Of a stretch of DNA of 21,898 nt, positions 1 to 8,440 are shown piece by piece; position 1 is the stretch's first letter; the number at the start of each line of letters is the position of its first letter. Both the position numbers and the translations under genes were made by a program. The notes under the pieces were generated by a model, which had not been told where the DNA came from, made no database searches, and was given only the letters and a program-made list of their open reading frames with translations. This DNA comes from Candidatus Methylomirabilota bacterium (GTDB lineage: Bacteria > Methylomirabilota > Methylomirabilia > Rokubacteriales > CSP1-6), in NCBI GenBank assembly GCA_046726415.1, contig JBKPAK010000244.1, positions 1 to 21,898 on the forward strand, in the 5' to 3' direction.

Positions 1-249
1 CTCCCAGCATACCTCGTGAACCGGGTGGCCGGACACGCTCAGCCGGGCGCGGCGGAGCCGCGCGAGGATCATATCGTCGGAGATCTTGGTGAGGGTTGTC
101 GTCTCCAGGGAGACCACACCCGTGCAGTGCATCGGCTCGCCAACCACGTCGTGCTCTTCGAAGAGATGCACGTCGAGGCCCGCTTCGGCACATCGCAGCG
201 CGGTCAGGAGACCGGCCGGGCCCCCGCCGACGATGGCGACGTCAGGCAT
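1..249 (-). CDS. NAD(P)/FAD-dependent oxidoreductase, geranylgeranyl reductase-like; 5' part only, runs off the window edge
   Basis: Not in the ORF track. Translated by hand from ATG 249: MPDVAIVGGGPAGLLTALRCAEAGLDVHLFEEHDVVGEPMHCTGVVS... It has a GxGxxG FAD motif, an acidic residue ending beta2, and the 'G.P.HCTG' segment typical of GGR-like enzymes. Confidence 0.85.
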   Translation of the reverse strand, partial: MPDVAIVGGGPAGLLTALRCAEAGLDVHLFEEHDVVGEPMHCTGVVSLETTTLTKISDDMILARLRRARLSVSGHPVHEVCWE

Positions 250-256
250 GCCGCGA

Positions 257-262
257 AGTATA
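257..262 (-). promoter_or_regulatory. Putative -10 box TATACT, 7 nt upstream of the ATG (possible leaderless transcript)
   Basis: Minus strand reads cgtcgTATACTtcgcggcATG, with no Shine-Dalgarno sequence. Confidence 0.5.
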
Positions 263-331
263 CGACGTCGCGGCGGACGCAGCAGCATAACAGACGGGTG
301 TCACCACTGCGTCGATGTGATCGAACCCCAA

Positions 332-540
332 GGTGTGGACCGGCTCCATCAGGCCATAGCGACCGGGGAGGGCGTCGCGCTCGGGCCGATAGGTGCCGAA
401 CAGGCAGTCGAAGATGAGTCGCACGCCACCACAGTTTGAGTCCAGGTGAGATCTCCAGTCCCAGGAAAAGACTGACGTACGACCAAGCCCCTACCGAGCT
501 CGAAATCGAAGGCGCGGTGTCGATAGAGCCAGTCGCCGGT
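332..540 (-). pseudogene. Remnant of a sterol desaturase/fatty-acid hydroxylase family gene (frameshifted, central part deleted)
   Basis: Three fragments in different frames: DWLYRHRAFDFEL; WSYVSLFLGLE; and HLDSNCGGVRLIFDCLFGTYRPERDALPGRYGLMEPVH. They resemble the family's N-terminal 'W.Y.HRLF...LFLGLEF' and C-terminal 'YLD.NYGG.LI.FDRLFGT...RYGL..P' segments as I recall them. His boxes are absent. Confidence 0.6.
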
Positions 541-563
541 CGGTATGCCCCGGGCCATTGGTG

Positions 564-773
564 TCAGATCGGCCCCAGCCGATTCACCATCGGTCGCCGC
601 CGCCCGCGAGGCGCGCCTGCTCCAGCGGTAGCGGCGTGATCCCGGCGCGGAGCGGCTGGCGCCGCCTCCACCGCGAGCGTGGCCAGCTCCCGGTGGATCA
701 CCTGCAGGACCCAGCGCGTCTGCTCCCGATAGTGGAGGAACTGCGCCATCAGGTCACAGAGCGGCTCGCTCAA
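564..773 (-). CDS. Possible small hypothetical protein (start TTG 773 or ATG 749)
   Basis: MAQFLHYREQTRWVLQVIHRELATLAVE has GC3-rich, coding-like codons. The 3' part is low complexity and runs up to the desaturase remnant. Confidence 0.25.
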   Translation of the reverse strand: MSEPLCDLMAQFLHYREQTRWVLQVIHRELATLAVEAAPAAPRRDHAATAGAGAPRGRRRPMVNRLGPI

Positions 774-801
774 CGGAGCGGATGGTCCCTGTTGGGACCT
801 G

Positions 802-1209
802 CTAGGGCGCCTGCGGGTAGGGCGAGTAGGAGTCGTACACGTTGGGGGCCTCGCTGCGGTCGATGCGCTCGGCAATCAGGCGACTTCGGTCCGGGTTGAC
901 GTACCCGAACACTCGCACGCGGTCTCCGCCGCGTATCGTGTTGTACGAGACTTGGTCGGCTCGCTGCAGATCGACGCGGACACTGATGCCGTTGTCGGCC
1001 ATGACCTGCATGGTCGAACCCGAGATCCACTGCACGTAGCCGGAGAGGGACATGCGCTGCTGAGCCGTTGCCGGTCCGGCCATCAGCAGGAAGCCGACGA
1101 GGAGGCCAGCGGCCAGCGTCGGCCACCGGCGGAGAATCGAGGATCGCCCCCCTTTCCCCAGGACGCGACGAGCGCGGGGGAGTGGGGGGACGGAGTCGAA
1201 GGTTTCCAT
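802..1209 (-). CDS. Secreted small beta-rich hypothetical protein (OB-fold/DUF5666-like); start uncertain
   Basis: Signal-peptide-like RRWPTLAAGLLVGFLLMAGPATA|QQ, followed by LSGYVQWISGSTMQV...VRVDL...IRGGDRVRVFG...LIAERI, a typical OB-like beta pattern. Candidate starts are 1263, 1209 or near 1138. Confidence 0.7.
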   Translation of the reverse strand: METFDSVPPLPRARRVLGKGGRSSILRRWPTLAAGLLVGFLLMAGPATAQQRMSLSGYVQWISGSTMQVMADNGISVRVDLQRADQVSYNTIRGGDRVRVFGYVNPDRSRLIAERIDRSEAPNVYDSYSPYPQAP

Positions 1210-1252
1210 GTTCCCGGGCCGGACGAAGCGCCGGCTGCTCCGCGACCCAAGG

Positions 1253-3571
1253 TCAACGCGCATGGCCCTGGGCGGCTCTCCACACGCGTTCGGCGCGGAG
1301 CGGCATGTCGAGGTGTCTCACCCCCAGCGGGCGGAGCGCGTCGACCACCGCGTTCACGATCGCGGGCGTGGAGCCGATGGTGGCCGCCTCCCCGATGCCC
1401 TTGGCCCCCAGGGGATTGCGGGTCGTCGGCGTGACGGTCTGGTCGGTGTTGAACGGCGGGAGGTCATCGGCGCGCGGGATCGCGTAGTCCATCAGCGTCC
1501 CCGTGAGCAGCTGTCCGTCCTTCGCGTACACCACCTCCTCGAGCAACGCCTGAGCGATGCCCTGGGCCAAGCCACCGTGAACCTGACCGCGGACGAGCAT
1601 GGGGCTGATGCGCACGCCGCAGTCGTCAACAGAGAAGAAATCGCGAACCGTCACCTCGCCGGTGTCGCGATCGACCTCGACCACGGCCAGGTGGGCGCCG
1701 AAGGGATACACCAGCTGCTGCTCTGGGGGCCGGAAGAAGTCCGTCGCTTCCAGCCCCGACTCGATGTCGGCGGGAAGTTCGCCACCGTAGGCCTTCGCGG
1801 CAATCTCGGCGAGCCCGAACGCCTTGCTAGGGGCTCCCCGCACGTGGTACCGACCGTTTTCCATCACCACGTCGTCGGCGGCGGCCTCCAACATGAGGGC
1901 GGCGATGCGCCGGGCCTTGTCCTGAACCACATTGGCGGCGCGCAGGATGGCCGAGCCCCCGATGGCCAGACTGCGGCTGCCACCCGTGCCGTTGCCCATC
2001 GGAGTGTTCATCGTGTCGCCGTGGCGCACGACGACCTTGTCGAAATCGACGCCCAGGCGGTCGGAGATGATCTGGGCGAAGGCCGTCTCGTGCCCTTGGC
2101 CGTGCGCCGAGGTGCCGGTATAGGCCGTCACCGTGCCGCCCGGCTCCACGCGGACGACCGCGCTCTCGAAGGGGCCGAACCCGCACATCTCCACGTAGCA
2201 GGCCATCCCGATGCCGAGCAGCGTGCGGTCGCCGCGCTCCACGCGTCGCTTCTGCTCGGCGCGCAGGGCCTTGATATCGGCGATCTCCAGCGCTTTGGTG
2301 AGCGCGCGATCGTACTCGCCGCTGTCGTAGTTCTGGCCGGTAGGGGCGGCATAGGGGAAGGCCGAGGGCGGAATGAAGTTCTTGCGCCGGACGGCCTCCG
2401 GGGTCAGGCCCAACTCGCCGGCGATGATGTCGACGAAGCGCTCGAGGTAGTAGGCGGCCTCCGGCCGGCCCGCCCCGCGGTAAGCGGCCACCGAGGTGCT
2501 GTTGGTGAAGACGCACGTCACCTTGAGATCGATGTTCTTCACGTGATAGACGCCGATGCCCATGAAGAGCGTCAGCTCAGGGATGAACGTGAACACGGGG
2601 TAGGCGCCCACGTCAGCCGTCACGTGCATCCGAAGGCCGGTGACCGTCCCATCCTTCTCCACGGCCGCTTCCAGGTCCGTGACCTGCGCCCGGCCGTGCG
2701 TGGTGGACGTCATGTGCTCGTTGCGCGTCTCCGTCCATCGGACGGGGATGCGCCAGCGATGGGCGATCGTGGCCAGCGTGATGTCTTCGGGGTAGAGGCC
2801 GAATTTCACGCCGAAGCCGCCACCCACCTCGGGGGCGATGACGCGCACCATGCTCTGCGACATTCCCAGAGCGGCGGCGATGTCGTTGCGCAGCATGTGC
2901 GGCGCCTGGTGCGTATCCCACACCACGATGCCGCCGGTGAGCGGATCGGGAGCCGCCAGGGCCGCCCGCGGCTCCAGCGTGATACCGGCCAGCCGCTGGC
3001 TCACCATGCGCTGCTTCACGACCCGATGAGCGCGGGCGAAGGCGGCGTCCGGATCGCCGGCTCTGACGTCTTTGACGTGCTCGATGTTGTGGGCCGCATC
3101 GGCGAAGAGCTGGGGCGCCCCGGCGGCCATGGCATCGAATGGGTCGGCGACGACCGGCAGCGGTTCCCACTCCACCACGACGTCGTCCGCGGCGTCCACC
3201 GCGACGGCCTCCGAAGCCGCGATCACCGCCGCCACCGCCTCCCCGACGTGCCGGACCAGACCGATCGAGAGCGGATAGTGCTGGCGACCAACGGTCTGGG
3301 CCGTGGCGCCGCCACCCTCGGTGCTCGGGCCGCCCGGCGGCACCGGCGCGCAGTAAGCGCGGATGTCCTCGCCCGTGAGGACCATGCGGACCCCCGGTCG
3401 CTTCGCCGCCGGCCCCGCGTCAATGCGGCGGATGCGCGCGTGAGCATGGGGGCTCCGCACGAAGGCCACGTACTGCAGACCCGGCACGGCGATGTCGGAG
3501 ACATACGACGACGTGCCAGTGATCAGCCGGGGATCTTCCTTGCGCTTGACCTCTGCACCGACCAGGGCCAT
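1253..3571 (-). CDS. Xanthine dehydrogenase family molybdopterin-binding large subunit (CoxL/CutL-like, AYRGAGR type)
   Basis: 772 aa. Motifs KRKEDPRLITG, RSPHAHA, VGGGFGVK, AYRGAGRPEA, HGQGHET, GTGGSRS, and GAKGIGE with the catalytic Glu. SD-like GAGGAAGGAAGG upstream. Confidence 0.95.
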   Translation of the reverse strand: MALVGAEVKRKEDPRLITGTSSYVSDIAVPGLQYVAFVRSPHAHARIRRIDAGPAAKRPGVRMVLTGEDIRAYCAPVPPGGPSTEGGGATAQTVGRQHYPLSIGLVRHVGEAVAAVIAASEAVAVDAADDVVVEWEPLPVVADPFDAMAAGAPQLFADAAHNIEHVKDVRAGDPDAAFARAHRVVKQRMVSQRLAGITLEPRAALAAPDPLTGGIVVWDTHQAPHMLRNDIAAALGMSQSMVRVIAPEVGGGFGVKFGLYPEDITLATIAHRWRIPVRWTETRNEHMTSTTHGRAQVTDLEAAVEKDGTVTGLRMHVTADVGAYPVFTFIPELTLFMGIGVYHVKNIDLKVTCVFTNSTSVAAYRGAGRPEAAYYLERFVDIIAGELGLTPEAVRRKNFIPPSAFPYAAPTGQNYDSGEYDRALTKALEIADIKALRAEQKRRVERGDRTLLGIGMACYVEMCGFGPFESAVVRVEPGGTVTAYTGTSAHGQGHETAFAQIISDRLGVDFDKVVVRHGDTMNTPMGNGTGGSRSLAIGGSAILRAANVVQDKARRIAALMLEAAADDVVMENGRYHVRGAPSKAFGLAEIAAKAYGGELPADIESGLEATDFFRPPEQQLVYPFGAHLAVVEVDRDTGEVTVRDFFSVDDCGVRISPMLVRGQVHGGLAQGIAQALLEEVVYAKDGQLLTGTLMDYAIPRADDLPPFNTDQTVTPTTRNPLGAKGIGEAATIGSTPAIVNAVVDALRPLGVRHLDMPLRAERVWRAAQGHAR

Positions 3572-3592
3572 GAAGTGCCTTCCTTCCTCTCG

Positions 3593-4738
3593 CTAACGGC
3601 CGACGCCCACCGTTTCGTCGACGTGCGCGTCGTCGCGGAAATGCGGCATGACATCCTCGGCGAAGAGCTGCATCATCTCGAGCGTCTTGCCGTGCGTGCC
3701 GCCGTTCATCCCCGAGCACACGATGCCGGCGGAGAGCTCGTCGGAGAAGATCCGGAGCTTGTCCCGCACGGTGGCCGGGCTCCCACAGATAATGTACCCA
3801 CCGGCCTCCAGATCCTCGAAGCTCAGCTCGGTGGGCATCTTGAGGCCGCTCTCGAGCACGCGCCGCAGCGACGGCTCTGTCAGGTAGCCTGGCGGGCGCC
3901 AAAAGGGCGGGGCCATGCGGAGCCCCACGTGGTACACCCACAGCGCGTTAGCCCGGGCGATCTCCTCGGCCTTGGCGTCGCTCTGGGCGATCACGATGGG
4001 GAGGTTCACGGTGAGCTGGTAGCGGCTGGCGGTGTACCCGTTTCGCTCGCACGCCTCGCGGTACTCCCCGTAGATCTGCGCGATGCGCTTGATGGGAGTG
4101 AACACCATCAGATAGGGGAAGCGCCGCTTGGCCGCCCACTCCACCGTCTCGTTGCTGCCCTGCGAGGGGCACCATATGGGCGGATGCGGCTTCTGGAGCG
4201 GGCGCGGCCACGGGTTCACGTAGGGGTAGCGATAGAAGCGGCCGTCGAAGGGAAAGGGACCCTCCTCCGTCCACGACTTCACGATGAGCTCGGCGGCCTC
4301 GTAGAAACGCTCGCGCGAGTCGGTGGGGTTGACGGCGGTGGAGAAGTACTCGGCGGCGATGCCGCGCACGAAGCCAGAGACGATGCGCCCGCCGGAGACC
4401 ACGTCGAGCATGGCGATCTCCTCGGCGATGCGCAGGGGGTTCTCGCGAAGGGGCAGGCCGTTGCCGAGAATGGCGATCTTGGCCCGGCTGGTGCGGCGCA
4501 CCAACATGGCGGCCATCACATTCGGGCTCGGCATGGTCCCGTAGCAGTTCTGGTGATGCTCGTTCACGCAGAGGCCGTCCCACCCCAGCCGCTCTGCGTA
4601 CTCCAGCTGATCGAGGTACTCGTTGTAGAGCGTGTGGCCCCGCACCGGATCGTAGTGGCGGTTGGAGAGGGTCACCCACGACGACGGCTCGTCGTGGACC
4701 ATCGGATACGGCATCAGATGGAAGTAGTAGAACTTCAC
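3593..4738 (-). CDS. LLM-class (luciferase-like) flavin-dependent oxidoreductase
   Basis: Motifs AERLGWD, NEHH, PLRIAEEIAMLDVVSGGR, PRPLQKPHPPIW, GSPATV. GTG start overlaps the hydrolase stop (GTGA). Confidence 0.95.
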   Translation of the reverse strand: MKFYYFHLMPYPMVHDEPSSWVTLSNRHYDPVRGHTLYNEYLDQLEYAERLGWDGLCVNEHHQNCYGTMPSPNVMAAMLVRRTSRAKIAILGNGLPLRENPLRIAEEIAMLDVVSGGRIVSGFVRGIAAEYFSTAVNPTDSRERFYEAAELIVKSWTEEGPFPFDGRFYRYPYVNPWPRPLQKPHPPIWCPSQGSNETVEWAAKRRFPYLMVFTPIKRIAQIYGEYREACERNGYTASRYQLTVNLPIVIAQSDAKAEEIARANALWVYHVGLRMAPPFWRPPGYLTEPSLRRVLESGLKMPTELSFEDLEAGGYIICGSPATVRDKLRIFSDELSAGIVCSGMNGGTHGKTLEMMQLFAEDVMPHFRDDAHVDETVGVGR

Positions 4739-5520
4739 GACGCCCGGGTGAACTCGAGGATGGCGTCGGCGACGGCGTCCGGCTCTTCGAGATGCGGGAC
4801 GTGGCCCGACCCTTCGAACACGCGCAGCTCGGCGTGAGGGATCTCCGCCTGCCAGGTCTTGGCGCAGACGAGTGGCGCGAGGCGGTCATGCTCGCCCCAG
4901 CAGAGCAGGGTGCGGACCCGGATGCGTCCCAGCCGCCGGCGCAGGAGGGGATTGTAGAGGTGCGGATTCCAGGAAACCCGCGCGATGGCCGCGCGTTCGC
5001 GGGCCAGCTCGATCATGGTGTCGACGCCGTGATCGCGCGGCAGGAGCGCCACCGCGGCGGACGGATCGTGAAACACCGTCGACACCAGCTCCGGAATGTC
5101 CATGCCGAAGAGAAAGGGATAGATCCAGCCGTCAACCTTGATCCCGACGGGATCGATGAGCACCAGCGAGGTGAGGCGAGGCGAGGCCATGGTGGCCAGC
5201 TCGGCGGCGATCCAGCCGCCGAATGAGGCGCCAACCACGTAGGCTGTCTCCAGCTCGAGCTGATCCAGGAGGTCGAGGTAGTGGAAGGCGAGATCGGAGA
5301 TGTGCTCGATCCACTCGGCCGCCGGCGATCCGCCGTGACCCGGATGGCTCGGGGCGTGCACGGCGAAGCGCTCGGCCAGCCGCTGGAGGAAGGGCGGCCA
5401 CCGACCAGCGCCCCCCGCGCCGTGGAGGAAGAGCAACGGGGGACCGGCCCCCGCAGCCATTATCTCAATCGGCGTCCCGCGGACGGTGAGCGTCCAGCGG
5501 AGGGGGACGGGATCAGCCAA
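4735..5520 (-). CDS. Alpha/beta fold hydrolase
   Basis: LHGAGG oxyanion motif, GASFGG nucleophile elbow, WGEHD acid, GHVPHLE His. Likely start is TTG 5520 with GGAGGG upstream, overlapping the SDR end. Confidence 0.9.
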   Translation of the reverse strand: MADPVPLRWTLTVRGTPIEIMAAGAGPPLLFLHGAGGAGRWPPFLQRLAERFAVHAPSHPGHGGSPAAEWIEHISDLAFHYLDLLDQLELETAYVVGASFGGWIAAELATMASPRLTSLVLIDPVGIKVDGWIYPFLFGMDIPELVSTVFHDPSAAVALLPRDHGVDTMIELARERAAIARVSWNPHLYNPLLRRRLGRIRVRTLLCWGEHDRLAPLVCAKTWQAEIPHAELRVFEGSGHVPHLEEPDAVADAILEFTRAS

Positions 5521-6334
5521 TGAAAAACCCTCCGTTCGGCGACAGCCACTGCCCGGTGTAAAAGCTGCTGTCGTCAGAGGCCAGGAAGAGCGCAGTGGCG
5601 GCAACCTCGCGCGGCTCCGCCCAGCGGCCGAGCGGCGTACTCGCCAACGCCGCTGCGCGGACGAGCGGCGATATCGGCTCCGTCATCGGCGTCTCGATGA
5701 AACCCGGACAGATGGCGTTCACCCGGATGCCGCGGGAGGCCACCTCCCGGGCCACCGCTCGCGTGAAGCCAAGGATGCCCGCTTTGGCCGCGCAGTAATG
5801 GGGGACAGAATCCAATCCCCCGAGCGCCGCCACGCTCGACATGTTGATGATCGCGCCCCGATTCTGCCGACTCATCAGCCGGAGGGCTTCGCGCGTGCAG
5901 AAGAAGGTTCCGTTCAGGTGCACGCCGAGCATGCGGTGCCACGTCTCGTCGGCCATGTTCTCGGTGATATCCCAGTGGGTCTGGACGCCCTGGCCGCTCA
6001 GCCTCTCCTGGATGCGGGCGTCAGCCTTGGCCCGGATGCTCTCGCCGCCCGGCCCTGCGCTGCCGATGCCGGCGTTGTTGACCATGATGTCGAGTGACCC
6101 GAACGCTCGCTCGACCTCGGCGAACATGGCGCGCACCTGAGCGCTGTCGGCGACGTCCGCGATGATCGCCCGGTGAGACCCTCCACCGAGTTGTGCCACG
6201 GTTTCGTCAGCGGGGTCGCGGCGCACGTCATTGACGATAACGCGCGCGCCCTCGTCGGCGAACATCCGGGCGATGGCCCGGCCGATTCCCGAGCCCCCTC
6301 CCGTGATCAACGCGATGCGATCCTTGAGCTTCAT
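5513..6334 (-). CDS. Classical short-chain dehydrogenase/reductase, probably NAD-preferring
   Basis: TGGGSGIG, Asp after beta2 (VND), NNAG, NMSS, YCAAK. Confidence 0.95.
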   Translation of the reverse strand: MKLKDRIALITGGGSGIGRAIARMFADEGARVIVNDVRRDPADETVAQLGGGSHRAIIADVADSAQVRAMFAEVERAFGSLDIMVNNAGIGSAGPGGESIRAKADARIQERLSGQGVQTHWDITENMADETWHRMLGVHLNGTFFCTREALRLMSRQNRGAIINMSSVAALGGLDSVPHYCAAKAGILGFTRAVAREVASRGIRVNAICPGFIETPMTEPISPLVRAAALASTPLGRWAEPREVAATALFLASDDSSFYTGQWLSPNGGFFIG

Positions 6335-6434
6335 CTAGGCACCCTGTGGGCGATACGATCGATGATACGGCGTCAGATGCCGAGCGCGCGCGGCAGTCTA
6401 GCCCGCTTCAGGGTTGAACGCCAGCGCGTGCTAG

Positions 6435-6467
6435 CATCGCGCAACCCGACGAGGAGGTTGCGCGATG
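6435..6467. promoter_or_regulatory. Perfect 12-bp inverted repeat in a divergent intergenic region
   Basis: CATCGCGCAACC (6435-6446), 9-nt spacer, GGTTGCGCGATG (6456-6467). It overlaps a TGcTAGCAT extended -10-like box and GAGGAGG/ATG. Confidence 0.55.
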
Positions 6468-6584
6468 TCCTCACCATGGCCGCGCGAGAAGCCCGGGATC
6501 CGGAGGCCGAGCGTCAGGGCGTCGAGCGCGGGATGAAGGTCCGGCGCGCGCGAGCATCGATCGCCGGCGAGCCGTGGTTGGCCT

Positions 6585-7835
6585 GTGGCGCGGCACGCTG
6601 ACGTCGTCGTCGTCGGTGGCGGCCCGGCCGGTTCGTTGGCCGCCCTCACCCTGGCCCGGTGCGGGCTCGGCGTCGTCGTGCTCGACAAGAAGCGCTTCCC
6701 CCGCGACAAGCCTTGCGGGGGCGGTATCCGCGCGAACGTCTTCCGACGTTTTCCCGACCTCGCGGCTCCGGTGCGCTCCGCCGTGGGCATCCACGAGGTG
6801 CGCAAGGTCCTGATGGAGTCGCCCGGCGGGGCCGCCGTCCTCGCCGCCGCCGAGGAAGCGTTCTACATCACGCTGCGCCGCACGGAGTTCGACCTCGCGC
6901 TGCTCGACCAGGCGCGCGCGCGCGGCGCCGACGTGATCGAGGGCGCGCGGGTCACCGCGCTCGATCGCGAGGCGGGCGATCTGATCGTGCGCTGCGTTGA
7001 CGGGCGGGCGTTGGGCACGCGCCTGGTGATCGGCAGCGATGGGGTCAACAGTGTGGTGGCCCGCGAGGCCGGCCTGACCCGCGGCTTCTCAGACGACGTC
7101 CTCGCCATTGACACGATGGAGGAGACACCGCTCGCCGAACTCGCGGTGGTCGAGCCCGACACCATGTACGTCGCCTACGGCTACAAGGGGTGGCCCGGCT
7201 ATGGATACGTCTTTCCCAAGGCCGCCCACGTCGATGCCGGCGTGGGCTTTCTGGTGCCGTTCTTCAAGCGGGCGCTGACCGGGAGGCCGTACGAGCACCA
7301 CCGGCGCTTTCTGGAGGAAGCGGTGGGCAAGGGCTGGGTGCGGGGGCGCTCCAACGCCGGAAACTTCAAAGCCTATCGGCTTCCGCTTGGCGGGCCGCTC
7401 GCCCGGACCTACGCCGACGGCGTGCTGATCACCGGCGATGCGGGTGGCTTCGTCAACGCCTACACCGGCGAAGGCATCTACTACGCGATGGTGACGGGCC
7501 AGCTCGCCGGCCAGACCGCCGCGCAGGCGATCGCGGCCGGCGATGTCTCCGCCGCTCGTCTGGCCGCGTACCAAGTGGCATGGCAGCGCGAGATCGGCGA
7601 GGAACTCGCCGACTCCCTGCGCATCCAACGCCGGCTCTTCGCCCATCCTCGCCTGGTCGACCGCGTCATCCGCGCGGCGTCTCGGGACCCTGCGCTATGC
7701 CGGTTGTTGGCGGCGGTGGCCCTCGGCGAGGAGAGCCTGCGCCGCCACAAATTCGAGATGGCCGTGCGCTTCCTCCTCACCCTCCTCCGACGGTCTGTCC
7801 CTCTGACGACGAGGGGTGCGCCATCTGGGCCTTGA
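6585..7835 (+). CDS. Geranylgeranyl reductase family FAD-dependent oxidoreductase
   Basis: DVVVVGGGPAG, RFPRDKPCGGG, RRTEFD, GSDG, GYGYVFPK, GDAGGFVNAYTGEGIYYAM. Confidence 0.92.
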   Translation: MARHADVVVVGGGPAGSLAALTLARCGLGVVVLDKKRFPRDKPCGGGIRANVFRRFPDLAAPVRSAVGIHEVRKVLMESPGGAAVLAAAEEAFYITLRRTEFDLALLDQARARGADVIEGARVTALDREAGDLIVRCVDGRALGTRLVIGSDGVNSVVAREAGLTRGFSDDVLAIDTMEETPLAELAVVEPDTMYVAYGYKGWPGYGYVFPKAAHVDAGVGFLVPFFKRALTGRPYEHHRRFLEEAVGKGWVRGRSNAGNFKAYRLPLGGPLARTYADGVLITGDAGGFVNAYTGEGIYYAMVTGQLAGQTAAQAIAAGDVSAARLAAYQVAWQREIGEELADSLRIQRRLFAHPRLVDRVIRAASRDPALCRLLAAVALGEESLRRHKFEMAVRFLLTLLRRSVPLTTRGAPSGP

Positions 7836-7861
7836 CTCGGCGGTGGCGCCGGGACTAGCGT
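7832..7861 (+). promoter_or_regulatory. Putative sigma70 promoter for the CBS gene
   Basis: TTGACT-N18-TAGCGT; SD GGAGGT before ATG 7903. Confidence 0.4.
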
Positions 7862-7902
7862 GGCTAGACTAGTCCTTGCGACCGCTCCCGGGAGGTGCCG
7901 AC

Positions 7903-8334
7903 ATGAAAATCCGGGACATCCTCAAGGCCAAAGGTAGCCAGGTGTACTCGGTCCCGCCCCACCGCACGATCAAGGAGGCCCTCGCCCTCCTCGTGCAGTT
8001 CCACGTGGGCGCCCTGCTCGTGCTCGAGGATGATGGCCACCCCATAGGCATCATTACTGAGCGCGATGTTCTGCGCGAGTGCCACCAGCGCAGCGGCCAG
8101 TTGGGGCATCGCCTCGTACGCGACGCGATGACCCGCGATCTCATCATCGGCGTCCCCGACGACGACCTCGGCTACACCATGGGGATCATGACGAACAATC
8201 GAATCCGGCACTTGCCCATCGTGGACGGCCACCGGATTGCGGGCCTGATCTCCATCGGCGACGTGGTGAAATCGTGTCTGGAGGAGACCGAGTACGAGAA
8301 CCGCTACCTCAAGGAGTACATCCAGGCGCGCTGA
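7903..8334 (+). CDS. Stand-alone tandem CBS domain protein (143 aa)
   Basis: MKIRDILKAKG, VGALLV, GIITERD, RIRHLPIV, GLISIGDVVK; strong SD GGGAGGT. Confidence 0.95.
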   Translation: MKIRDILKAKGSQVYSVPPHRTIKEALALLVQFHVGALLVLEDDGHPIGIITERDVLRECHQRSGQLGHRLVRDAMTRDLIIGVPDDDLGYTMGIMTNNRIRHLPIVDGHRIAGLISIGDVVKSCLEETEYENRYLKEYIQAR

Positions 8335-8403
8335 CGTCCCGAAGGAGTACATCCGGCGCGCTGACCGCCCCGAAGGAGTACATCCGGCGCGCTGACCGCC
8401 CCG
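8311..8403 (+). repeat. Three tandem 31-bp copies of the CBS gene 3' end
   Basis: 8311-8341 is aaggagtacatccaggcgcgctgacgtcccg. 8342-8372 and 8373-8403 are both aaggagtacatccggcgcgctgaccgccccg. Confidence 0.95.
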
Positions 8404-8440
8404 ATGGACGGCCATCGGCTCCTTGCGCGGCTCGAGGTCC

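Noticed and set aside
1147-1189. C-tract/G-tract imperfect hairpin as a terminator or REP
   Set aside because: The stem is mismatched on the transcribed strand, there is no U-tract, and it is single copy in the window.
1253-3571. True aerobic CO dehydrogenase coxL
   Set aside because: It lacks the AYxCSFR Cu-binding motif and the coxMS and accessory genes.
3572-3592. Relay mini-ORFs at the LLM/CoxL-like junction (also tested at 7836-7902 and 15498-15500)
   Set aside because: These gaps lack NTGA overlaps at both ends. The first two use ordinary SD sequences and the third is a simple 3-nt gap, so the relay pattern is not universal.
1208-4837. 1209-aa plus-strand ORF
   Set aside because: Antisense shadow of the CoxL-like and LLM genes. 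It is Arg/His/Gly-rich with no motifs, as expected in high-GC DNA. The same applies to other long overlapping ORFs such as 8930-10288, 11727-13262, 16068-17567 and 18129-19760.
8311-8403. Possible CRISPR mini-array
   Set aside because: The units are contiguous with no unique spacers, derive from coding sequence, and no cas genes are present.
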